A program made the position numbers and the translations under genes. Under the pieces are notes generated by a model that had not been told where the DNA came from, searched no databases, and worked only from the letters and a program-made list of their open reading frames with translations. 64,000 bases of DNA from Ptychomitrium polyphyllum. Its lineage: Eukaryota. Of the stretch, positions 53,136 to 64,000 are shown piece after piece. Location: the NCBI GenBank assembly GCA_973851085.1, contig OZ316776.1, positions 15,190,001-15,254,000 on the forward strand, read 5' to 3'. Positions within the stretch are counted from its first letter, which is position 1. Each line of letters starts with the position of its first letter.

Positions 53136-56100
53136 TTAGGCGTACAATGCTGGTTCTACAACGGACGGTAGACCTTGGAACTCCCTTTGGCCGCCAATTT
53201 TTAGGGTTGCACTTTGATGCATGTACATTAATATTCTGATTCTTAGGTTCTGAATTTGGCTAACACTGGGAGTGTGTCTGCTTATTGGTTTGGTTTCAGC
53301 ATGTTGTCATTGTCAGCATGTAGGTCTTTATGGAACATCATTCATTTTTCCTGCATTTGTATTCAGAAATAAATTTTTTTACGGATCGGAGCTTCTTTTT
53401 CTAGTTTATAATTCAAGGACCATATCATTGTTGTGACATTTGTGTATTCGTCAGACACACAGGAATTTACAGGAAGTCCTCTTGTGTCTTTGTGATCATT
53501 AAGTGAGGAACAGTATAGTAGAAGAGGTTAGAGAAGGTTCAATTCGAGGGTGAAGTTATTGAGAGCAGAGGGAATTGGTCGAAATTGGAGTAAATAAGAG
53601 CGCTCAAGAGATTGTGTTGCGCTTCTTAGCACATGAGACTTCGAATCAGTGTGCTTGATAGACTGGCTATGGCTGCAGTATCGTGCACTAGTCTACCAGT
53701 GTACTCCACAGGTGCAGCATCGCAAGTGTCTTGATGTCATGTAGAATGTAATGCTGCTCCGCAGCTGGGTGCTGCCATTAGGGCTGAAATTGTGACAGGT
53801 CCAGGAGGCGAGATTGTGGAGTTGTTCCCACATGGTGTGAGTTGGCTTCAGAGGATGGCGCTCCAGAGAAGGGGCAGTGTTGGCCACCGAATTTTTTCCT
53901 AAAATCAAAATCCCGAGTTTAAGCACCATAAGACGATTAAGCTACTGATTCGTGTCTGGAAATTGCATTATTGTTTTCTTAGAGCAGATCTGGTAGCTTC
54001 TTCTGCTTTTCTCCAGCTGATTTTGCTCTTTATTTGCAAGGTTTGTCATTTGTCGGAAGAAACGGAGAGCATTGAGGTATGATACGAACCCCAGTACACT
54101 GGTACGTCAGTGAACGTACGTTAGAGAGCTTGGAAACGAGTCAGTTCAAGTGGACTCGGATACGTTTCATGTTCATGTGTCACGAAAGCATCGACTGAGG
54201 TTTTGCAATTAGCAGACGCAATGAGGGCATATTGATGGTAGAGCGCGTGCATCACGCCTGCACCGGGTGGTGTGTTTGGTTCTTCTGGGGTGTCTCCGTT
54301 TCTGGGCATGACAGGCCCGAGATGACGAAGAGTTGATGACATTGTGGAGCATCCGCCTGGTATGGGGTGGGGCTTGGGAAGCTGAGGGCGTGAGGTGTGT
54401 AGCTGTGGTTCCATGCTGTAGAAATGTGTAGCGGCAGCGAGTTGTTGGGCATAGATGATGACATGTAGATTGGCCTGTGAGTGAGGGACGGTGGACATGT
54501 TTATGTTGGCTGGTCGAGTAGCGATGGGTTGGTTGTCGGAGTTGATGTTGTGTTGTTTTCCGAGGTATGAATTCCAGATCATGCAGATCCCATTTGGTGA
54601 CATTAGAAAGGATACGATATTGATTGGAGTTGGCATTAGTGCGTTTGGTTACGGCCTTAATATGAGCATGGCTTGGAGATTATGATGCGTCACTGTACGA
54701 ATGAAGTTTGAGTTTTCAAGTGACTGATGGGTTATGAACCATATGGTTGTGCCAGCCTTAGGGTGACGTCGGAATGATTATTGCAGCGGTGGGCTGTGTA
54801 TGACTTATATGTGTCGGTGTGTGCGGTCTGCATTGGTACGGGTAATGGGCCGAAGGTAGCGGTGCTCGAAATATGTCGCAGCGTTTTGAAACACAGCATA
54901 TTCGCCCTCGAGAGACTAGGACCTGTTAATGGCTACCTTGTGAGCTATCATGCGTCGAGATTCAAATTAATTGTACTCGCTAGTGCTAAGATCACAAGTT
55001 CAAGTTCATACCTTATTCTAATTTATTTCCGCTGCTTATTATTTCCGCTTACAGTTGGAATAGCATCATTAGTCCTCTTCAAATCCTGAACCTGACGACC
55101 GCGTCAAATGATTTAACAGTTTGACTAACAGATTTCTATTTATATGGCTAGCACTTACTCCTCCACGTATTTTTAACTCCTCAATCTTCTCGCTACAAAT
55201 CTCTTATGATCTTGAATCATATTTAGAAGCAGAGTGACGCAAAGCAGTAAGAGATACTTTTGATCACAGCTTGCACGGAGGCCGGAAGAAACTTGCCTTA
55301 GATTGATGGCGACATTGATGAACTCGTTGGCCACAATAGGGGAGTAGGATCCCATTTCCTGTGCCTACAAAGCAAAATATTAGTACGCACCTCATAACCT
55401 TTTCTCATCAGTCAGACGATATTGTCCGCATCATAACTGGATCATTCAGATAAAAGCTCTTTAAGAAAAACCATATTCCTGCTCTGTGAGCAACCTTCTA
55501 CATTAGGCAGGACCACGTGAGGTGTTTTCCAGTAAATCCCATCTCGAGTTAGCACATGAGGTGTTTTGCAAGGCTCATTAGGAAGTCACAGCTGCAAGCC
55601 TAGCCCCACTCAAGAATTATCACTCGGGTTGTAAGCGCACTTACTGGAACACTATTCAAGCACAGATTCACAAGACTGACCGAGAGAGGAGGCCAAGCGA
55701 ACATGGGTGAGAAAGCTAACCTGCTGTGAGCTTCTCCCTGTAAGCTCCTTCCTGTAATCCTCACTGACAACGAAAGGACGTTTTTCCTTGTCCCCATCAT
55801 GTGTGCATATGCCAACTGGGGCACCATGACGACGAGGCGAAGGAGCGAGACGACGACTTGGGGTTGGGCCTCGGGCTTTTCGCCAAGCCTGAGGTTTGGC
55901 ACCAAGGCTCTGGCATGGGGTTGGAGGGCCGAGCTCCTTTGACAGGAAGAGATGGACGGAGAATGCGTCCATCCCCTCCGCAGGTGGTATTGTGAACCCC
56001 GGGGATCCAGAAATGCCCCTCATCGTTGGGGACAGCGAGACTGCGAGAGAGAGAGCGAGAAAGCTCCAGGCTTGTGCTGCATGGAGTTCCAAACTCTCTC

Positions 56101-56751
56101 TCTTTTCCGCGCTTCATCCGCCTGCAGATCCGATGGAACTTGGATCTTCCAGTTGAACCTCGGACTCACTGGGAGTTAGAACGTTAGAACGGCTACCAAG
56201 TCGACGACGTTGAACGAGCTCGTCTCTTCTGCAACCACCAGGCTCTTGGTGTCAGGGGTAAGGTGGTGGCCGAGGGATCATGTGAGGGAAATGTTTGTTG
56301 GGCTGCAGTTCACGTTCTGCTGTATCGGTTTGACAGTCCCTGTCGGCTTGCTCATGCTTTTGGGGGTTCAAAGCCAATCCTTGTGTACTTAGTGAGTAGA
56401 TGGGTGTACGAGTTTCACTCCTCGCCATCGCCATGCTCCTTGTGTGACCTTACTGTTGTCCTAAAAGGTGGAGTTTGGAATGGGTGCTGAAATGTGACAG
56501 ATGGATATGTCAGAGAAGCGGAAGGGCGAAGTTTATTGTGTGCTATCAGACATTTTGAACTTCGTGGATGGTCCAAATCGAGGGAGATTTGTCGGGGTCA
56601 TTTCGGCTTTGGTATGAAGATCTCAGTTCTATATCGTTCCGCTGAGTGGTGACGTTCCGAGGAGATGGTTATCTGTGCTGTTGATAGGAATGTGGGGATA
56701 TGGCAGAGAGAAGGCAAAGAACATCGAGAGGTGTGCAAGGGGAGAGAGGCC

Positions 56752-57738
56752 ATGGTAAGGAGAATAGGAGCTCCGGGGTATTGGTCTGGAGAGACCGTTC
56801 GATTGAGGTTCTGGGTCGTGGTGGCAATATTCGTGGTGTCTTCTTCGACCTTGGGGCCATCGGGAGTGGGAGCTCAGGAGTATGCGAACCGCAGCTTTCC
56901 GTCAGTATTGGTAAGCGGCGCCAACATAAGCTCCTATCAGCAGACAATCCAGCAAGCGGCGTACTCTGCGTTTGCTAGGTTGAATCCCGATACGGGGATC
57001 ACATTCTTCGCTAATCTCACAGGGGACCTGGCAAACGTGACCGTGGAGGCTGTTCGATTGCGGGCGGGCAGTCTGCGGCGGCACGGAGCGACGCTCGGGA
57101 GGTTCACGATCCCGCCGGGCGTACGGGTGGCGAATGTGTCGTCCGTGAGGGTGATGCTGGTGTACAGAGACTTCGGCAATGTGTCCGTGTACTCTGCGTC
57201 AATGCCGGGGCAGGTGTTCGTGAGCTCGCTGGCTGGGATAAGGGTGTACAACAGCGACAGCGTGAGCAGCACAGCTCCGCTGCCTGCGCTGGCTGCCATC
57301 GCGCTGGAGAATCCGATACAGGTGATCATTCCGCCGAACGCGCAGCCATCGTACTGCGTTGAGTTCTACGGGAATGGGACCGTGTTGGCGACGAGTGTAA
57401 GCGCGAGCAACGGGAGCTCGTCGACGTACGCGTGCTTTTCGAGGAGCCTGGGCGACAGCTACTTCGCGTTGGTTGGGCTGCCACTGCCGGGGAAGAAGTC
57501 GAACCGGTGGAAGATCATACTGGGAACCGTGCTGGGGGTGGTGGGTTTTATCGTGTTGCTGCTGCTGGCGATCTTGTGCTGTCGGCGGCGTCTGCGGAAA
57601 CGGAAGATGGAGAAGATGCAGTCGCAGGTGGACAGAGGAGAGACGCTGCAGCCGACTGTGGTGGGCAGCAGCAGGGCTCCGATGGCGTCGCAGACGAGGA
57701 CGCGGCCGACGCTGGAGAGAGACTTCAATGTGTCGTAG
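56752..57738 (+). CDS. DUF1191-family single-pass membrane protein, copy B (tandem duplicate)
   Basis: Nearly identical to copy A from PSGVGAQ onward (5 amino-acid differences), with a diverged signal-peptide region. The start is inferred at 56752; an in-frame upstream ATG lies at 56665. Confidence 0.88.
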   Translation: MVRRIGAPGYWSGETVRLRFWVVVAIFVVSSSTLGPSGVGAQEYANRSFPSVLVSGANISSYQQTIQQAAYSAFARLNPDTGITFFANLTGDLANVTVEAVRLRAGSLRRHGATLGRFTIPPGVRVANVSSVRVMLVYRDFGNVSVYSASMPGQVFVSSLAGIRVYNSDSVSSTAPLPALAAIALENPIQVIIPPNAQPSYCVEFYGNGTVLATSVSASNGSSSTYACFSRSLGDSYFALVGLPLPGKKSNRWKIILGTVLGVVGFIVLLLLAILCCRRRLRKRKMEKMQSQVDRGETLQPTVVGSSRAPMASQTRTRPTLERDFNVS

Positions 57739-60479
57739 TTAGGCGTACAATGCTGGTTCTACAACGGACGGTAGACCTTGGAACTCTCTTGCGCAGATGG
57801 ACAGAGGTTGGGGAGGCGAGATCGTGGTGTTGTTTCCACGCGCTTTGCGTTGACTTCAGATGAAGGCGCTCCAGAGAAGGTGCAGTGTGGGTCACACAAT
57901 TCATTTCTAAGTTGAGAATCTCTAGTGTTTGTGGCACAAGGGGATTTCGTTCCCTTCATTCGTCTAGAGAATGCATTGTTGTTTTCTCGGAGTAAATTTG
58001 GTGGTTTCTTCTGCTTCACTCCAGCTGGATATGCTGTTGAATTTTTAGGGTTTTTCATTTGTCGGAAGAAAGGAAGAGCTCTGGGTTACGATGTGAAGTG
58101 TAGGCTTTTTCGCTGGCACAAGAGATCATTTGTCCCTGGATTTTGAGATTGTTCTTTGGAGTTCGTCAGCAATCCGTCGGTGAATGTGTAGCAAGCTGGC
58201 GATTGAGTTGTTCCAAGTTGGACTCGGATTCGTTTCATGTTCATGTGTCACGAAAGCATCGACTGAGGTTTTGCAATTAGCAGACGCAATGAGGGCATAT
58301 TGATGGTAGAGCGCGTGCATCACGCCTGCACCGGGTGGTGTGTTTGGTTCTTCTGGGGTGTCTCCGTTTCTGGGCATGACAGGCCCGAGATGACGAAGAG
58401 TTGATGACATTGTGGAGCATCCGCCTGGTATGGGGTGGGGCTTGGGAAGCTGAGGGCGTGAGGTGTGTAGCTGTGGTTCCATGCTGTAGAAATGTGTAGC
58501 GGCAGCGAGTTGTTGGGCATAGATGATGACATGTAGATTGGCCTGTGAGTGAGGGACGGTGGACATGTTTATGTTGGCTGGTCGAGTAGCGATGGGTTGG
58601 TTGTCGGAGTTGATGTTGTGTTGTTTTCCGAGGTATGAATTCCAGATCATGCAGATCCCATTTGGTGACATTAGAAAGGATACGATATTGATTGGAGTTG
58701 GCATTAGTGCGTTTGGTTACGGCCTTAATATGAGCATGGCTTGGAGATTATGATGCGTCACTGTACGAATGAAGTTTGAGTTAACCTCAGGACCATATCG
58801 TCCTCCTGGCTTTGGCGTGAAGTTGGAACGTTTACTGGTAGGGTGGGGTGTGAGTATTATTTGTCTCTGTGCCTCGATCTGAATTGGGCCCGGCAGTAGG
58901 CGCAGGGTAGTTGGTGCATGCAGGTGGGGTGCCTGATTCTTTAGCGGAGCTCTTGATCGTTGAGGTCTTGGATCTGGGACGGGCAAGTTTGTCACATCTG
59001 GCAATGTTACTCGTATGATCCTAGATTTGATTTTGTGTTTGGAATCATTGTCATCTTAGTTTGATTTGTGGCTGATTTGTGGGAGAGAGCACGTTTGTAA
59101 TTCTTGTCAACGTTCTCATTATTGAAGCATTGTAGAACGATCCATCATTGCATTGGCACCTTGACTTGCAGTTAATGTTTGCAAGGGCAGGGTATCAGTG
59201 TTCTAGGTGCCAGCCATTGCCTTTCTGGTGATTTAGGTTTCAGCCATTTACTGCTCTTGTTTCTGTCAGAGCCGCAAGCGAGAGTCTTCAAGTTCTGGCC
59301 ATAGTTTAAGCGGTGAGAGCAGTGGACCAAGAACAGCTGTTCAATGTAATACCTGGCAGTTGATGAACTGTAATTGAGTACATGTGAAAATGTTTTAGTG
59401 TCGAATAACCTTATAATTTCCAGATTCTAAAGGAGGATGTCGAAACCCGAGACTGGCAAGCTTTGCTTATATTTTCCTTGGATAAGCAGTATTCAATTAT
59501 GGGAAAACTACCACTAAATGACTAGAAACCACCATGTCCATTACCATTGACTATGAAGAATCATTCCTATAAATCATCAAACTCTTACTAATAGTGGTTT
59601 AGGTTTGGTGATTGATATTTGTGTTTTGAGCTTGGGTGGCAATGGGATCATGGAGCATGGAGAGGTGGCAATGGAGAGGTTGTACATTGATTGTTACTGA
59701 ATGGAATTTGGGTGAGTGTGCAGTCATTGAGAGGTGATTATACTTTGGTGTTTGAATGGTAAATATAGCAATTTTTAGTGATCCTTTTTAACACTATCTT
59801 TCAAAAAAATAAAAAATAAATCCTTAATTTAAAGGTTTTACAAGAAATATTTCTATCAAATTAGATTCATGCCTTCATGTATTTGCTCTTGAATGCCCTT
59901 CGTATTTATTTATTTATTTTTTGATTTCCCACTTTTCAAGGTGAGCGTGAATATTTTCAAATTGTAAAAATTTCCACTAAAAAAATTCTTAATTAATTCA
60001 GTATTTATCAAAAATAAAAATAAAATGTTTTGGTTGAATTGGACTTCAACATTGACAATTTGTACAATACTTGCATAACAGAGCAATCCTGATTGCGGTG
60101 CTAATGGGCAGCTCTACCTCAGATATCATAATTAGCATTGCAGATAATGATAGGAGTCACTGGATGCGAAGTTAAAGTTATTGCCCTTGTCACTGTAGAT
60201 CTGCCATGAGAATTCGAAGTAATCTCGCTAGATTGCGGTGTGTGTAAGCTATCGTCAAGAAGCTGGGCTTTTTACTGCGCACTCTCTACAGTTGAAGGTC
60301 GTGCACTGGATTCGTGCGTCCAGAAACATCTGTGTGCATATCTTAAGTTATGCCAATGACACATACTTCTCTACACCAATATTGACTACTCAACCGCGAT
60401 TCTTTGAATCTGAGATCGAACAAGACATGTATATCTCGTCTTACAGATATTGAAGTGGGACAAGGGATTTGGATTCTCA

Positions 60480-63290
60480 ACCTCGAGCGCATTCAACGTC
60501 ACCCCACACCTTACCAAAGAAAAACGTCATATTCCTGACATGAGATAGACATCAGGAAGTGCTTTCAAACTCAGGTTTGCTTTAAAACGAAGAACTTCCA
60601 GTGTCTGCAAGGGCCCGCTGCTGGTCAAATTTGTCAAGTTGTCACAACTCTTTACCTCAAGTTAATTTAAGGTGCTAAATTTACTCAAGTCCGGCAGCTC
60701 TACCATAGGCCACTCAATGCATTGTGTAATCTCAGGATTGAAGAGGTCTTCACCAAGAGGTGCTAGATAAGTAAGGCAGTGCAATGCAAGATCTGGGTCG
60801 TCGGAAGGACGCAACAGCGAATATCCTTCAAGATAAAGCACCCTGAGTTGTGGGAAATGACTCAAATTTGGTAACTCTACGATAGGCCAGTCGGCACAGT
60901 GTCGAACCTCGAGCTGTACATGATCAACAAGATAATGCAAAGAAAAATTTGCGATGCTCGTTGATCATGTGCAAATTCAAGCTTCTTCATTGCGGTCAAG
61001 TGGCTCAGACACGACAGTGTCTTGAAACCACAGCATTGGATATCTAGGTCCTCTAATTTTGTTATTTTATCGAAATTGTGCAGTTCATATTCCACTCCAC
61101 AAAGAGAAAGTTCAAGGCATATTATATAGTCGCCGGGTTCAGGAAAGGTCTTAGTTCCTGAGGACTAGTCTCTTTATCGTCTTGATTTGATTTCAACATC
61201 CTGCTGGCTGGCCACAGAAATATGAAAATCGCACCTGGCTGATTACAATGATATCCTTGTTGCTTGACACATCATCCTCCTCCCTGGAGTTATCTTCCCC
61301 CTGCTCAACGCATCTTGCCCCTGGCTCGTGCTGCCATTCTATCTTCTGAGCTACAGCCTGATATGGTGAACACTCCCTTGAATTGAATTCTTGCCACTCG
61401 TAGTAACCTCAATTGGCCAAAATTCAATGAAAGTTTCTTACAACAACGACTCGAGTGAGAGTTCTTAGGGAATTTTGTGAATACAAACTGCAATACCTGG
61501 AGGTTTGTCAATTTGGAAATCTGTTCAACGGCGCTCGGAGACCCAATACTGATATTCGTTCATATAAATACTCTAAGCTCGGTTACTTGTCCAATTCTTC
61601 TACGTTTGATAGAAGATTCCCGAACCTTCGTGAAATAGACTGGGTAAACAGTCTCCACGATTTCGTTTGTTTCAGTCCGCTCAAGTCAAGCTCACTGTTC
61701 CCATATTCGCATCCGCCAACCTCAATACCGTCACTTTAGAGCAATTAATAAAGTTGACACTCATCGCCCTATTTGTAGACGAAAGTTGTCCAATAACGCT
61801 TTTTCTTTGCAAGTTCTCCCAACCAACATCAGACAGGCAAGTCTCCACAACTTCAATTTCATCAGATGAAGACTCTTCACTTTTAGCGTCGATAATCACA
61901 AACACCCGACGTCACCTTTCCTTTTTTCCAACTTCGGTTTTCCATCAAAGCATGCTTCCAACACAAATCATGTATGCCAATTGCTGACGTACCATCACCC
62001 AAATCTTCTAACAACGATTACATCTTTAGATTATTCAACTGCAAGCCACAAGCAACATCCGCATCACCAATTTTACAAAATCTCATGTATTTATAACTGA
62101 TATGAAAACCTATAGTTATAATGCAACTTACGTACACTGTTATTTTCACTGTACATCATTGTAGCACAAACTTTACGTCAAAAGTGATCTTTTAAAAATA
62201 TAAATTTATCTGAAAGTTTTGACAAAACCAATACCAATTTAAGCACCATGTTTTGACAATGGATTTTCAAGTTCTCTTAATTGGTGGAATGCGTTCTCCT
62301 CCAATTATAAACTCCACCTTTAATGATCAATTGATCCCAATTGCATTCTCAAAAGCCTCCAAAGCCAAAGGAATGGTAATGATGACTTCTATCATTGTCT
62401 TTGCCAAACGAACATTGAATTCATTGCATATAACTGGGAAATATTTCATGCAATATCATGAAGCTTACTTAATCTACGTAGCTCACTACTTTAATTGAAG
62501 ATGGACATATCCATAAGAATTCAATCAATCTCACTCCATCTATGTCAACTCTTTGAAAAGTTCATGCATTGTCTTTCTAAAAAAATTCGAAATCTTTTGC
62601 AATAAGTCCATTTCAGTTCCATTGGTGGAAGAGCATGTCATATTGAGTTCGGCAAACTCCTTTTCAAAGTCGTTGTACAACAACTTGCAAGCAGTGCAAA
62701 TGATATGAAAGACAACTTGCAACGAGAACTAAAAAATTCTTAATGATCCTATGTTCTAGAAATCCACATCTAAATACAAAATGTCAAAATCTGTCCTTCA
62801 GATTAAAGTGTATAGGTTCTGCAGAACACACTGGAAATCACTTACTGTGGCGATCTGCTGCGAGGCCATTGCATCAAATCCAGAAAGCTCAGAAGCTTGT
62901 CAGTCAAAGTTTCAATCAGGAATCAAGTTGACATACTTGTTCGTTAACATTCGTCTACACCACAAGATCTTTGTTCAAAAAAAATTGAACTTCGAGACTT
63001 GAAATTCAAATTTCCAGTATGCATCACCAGACCTTTGTGTGAATCTTCATGTCGGGATTGCGAGGAGCCAATCTTCAAGTCAAGTCATAAGTTAGTGAAA
63101 CCAATGAGAATGGGTGGCAAGCCAGTGAGTTGGATAGTAATCACTAGGTTCCCGTGCCTTACGAGCTCTCCTGGAAGTTGCAATTTGCATAGATGTTAAC
63201 GTGATTTGGGGAACCTCACGTCTTGCATGCTGTGGGGAATATCGTGACATTGTGGATTGAGTCATTATAATTTGACACAGCGGTTTTTTT
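60480..63290 (-). pseudogene. Decayed NB-ARC-LRR (NLR-like) gene, possibly with an N-terminal alpha/beta-hydrolase remnant
   Basis: LRR fragments occur in shifting frames: NFDKITKLEDLDIQCCGFKTLSCLSHLTAMKKLEF, LPNLSHFPQLRVLYL, LPDLSKFSTLN*LEVKSCDNLTNL and NFGQLRLLRVARI. NB-ARC-like remnants are DLLQKIS (~62600) and GLPL-like TIPLALEAF (~62350-62380). Stops and frameshifts are frequent. Confidence 0.7.
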
Positions 63291-63818
63291 GGTCTAGTCG
63301 GCTTACGGAACTCGAATCGGCCTGTTTCCGCATTTGCCGCAAAGCTGAAGGGAAGTGACACAAAGTTACACGTAAACAGAGAGCTCGTAGAGGGACGCTG
63401 TGTAAACAGTCTCTAGGATGTATACGTAAACCGTTACTTCGCAATCAGTCCTATTGCAACCTACTCGAAGGTTACCGTATTAACAAAGCTATGATTTGTG
63501 ACGACGCTGACTGATCAATGAAAAACAAATTCAAGGTGGAAGCCGCTATCAATAAATGCAACTAGCAGTTCCATAAATGCGTGGACAACGACACACAAAC
63601 CTCTATAGACATTGAGTACAACTCCACACCTGGAAGATTGAAATCAAACCATCAGTTAACCAAAAAAACCTAGCATTATGTACATGTAGATCCATCTAAA
63701 AGTTGGAGGTGGAATACCAAAACCCTGCTTTACAGAAGTCGGTGCTAACCTTCTGCGCCCACTTCTCTCCGATGCATCTACAAAATAGATCCAATCCTCG
63801 AGAAATCCTTTAGGAATC

Positions 63819-64000
63819 CTAGGTGTCCTTCGTCCGGCTCTCTGTCGACGAAAGTTCCATCTCATAATGCCTCTTGAACGTCCTGGGCAAGTAAACAGGG
63901 ATGAGGAAGAAAAAAAGGTTGACCGTCCACACAATCAAGTTCACCATCGCCAAGTACCTTCCAAACTGGAGCCACTGGTGAGGAGAGAACGGGCCTGTCT
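63819..64000 (-). CDS. 3' end of an uncharacterised plant membrane protein (partial, continues beyond the window)
   Basis: A frame not shown in the ORF track reads TGPFSPHQWLQFGRYLAMVNLIVWTVNLFFFLIPVYLPRTFKRHYEMELSSTESRTKDT* (stop at 63819-63821). The hydrophobic helix and W..FG..LA..NL..W..NLF.FLIP..LPR.F pattern recall a conserved plant transmembrane family (from memory, not searched). Confidence 0.65.
   Translation of the reverse strand, partial: TGPFSPHQWLQFGRYLAMVNLIVWTVNLFFFLIPVYLPRTFKRHYEMELSSTESRTKDT

Larger units (their letters stand above)
51850..58782 (+). repeat. Direct tandem segmental duplication (units ~51850-54714 and ~56050-58782) containing two near-identical tracts: 52253-53183 = 56856-57786 and 54151-54714 = 58219-58782
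   Basis: By-eye alignment gives 6 differences in 931 bp and 1 difference in 564 bp. Flanking and intervening homologous parts (51880-51985 vs 56085-56190; 53795-54085 vs 57800-58095) are clearly related but much more diverged and contain indels. Confidence 0.95.

Noticed and set aside
52299..53239. Antisense and alternative-frame ORFs overlapping the DUF1191 genes (also 56902-57863)
   Set aside because: They are shadows of GC-rich codon usage, duplicated only because the CDS is duplicated.

Overview
This is intron-rich plant nuclear DNA, most likely from a moss or other bryophyte (inferred from gene style and the TGTCGCAACCC-type LTR terminus; not proven). No prokaryotic features, rRNA, tRNA or CRISPR array are supported. 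From left to right it holds: the 5' ~18 kb of a multi-exon VPS13 (M-type, PH-containing) gene on the minus strand, with a ~330-bp perfect (GA)n tract upstream of its start; a 1,140-bp solo LTR with an intact 5-bp target-site duplication; eIF3g (3 coding exons, with a candidate box C/D snoRNA in intron 2); a two-B3-domain (REM-like) gene whose chromodomain-like tail is cut by an in-frame TGA; an AT-rich stretch with 21-bp and 66-bp minisatellites; a MEI2-like (AML) three-RRM gene with a long GC-rich leader and a duplicated candidate last exon; two tandem DUF1191-type membrane-protein genes; a decayed NB-LRR (possibly hydrolase-NB-LRR) pseudogene; and the 3' end of a small membrane-protein gene. 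The most interesting signals are the patchwork identity of the DUF1191 duplicates (two >99%-identical tracts within diverged flanks), the B3-B3-chromo-like architecture with a TGA, the duplicated terminal exon of the MEI2-like gene and the intronic snoRNA candidate. I cannot demonstrate a wholly new biological system from sequence alone. Family assignments come from motif recall and alignments were done by eye.
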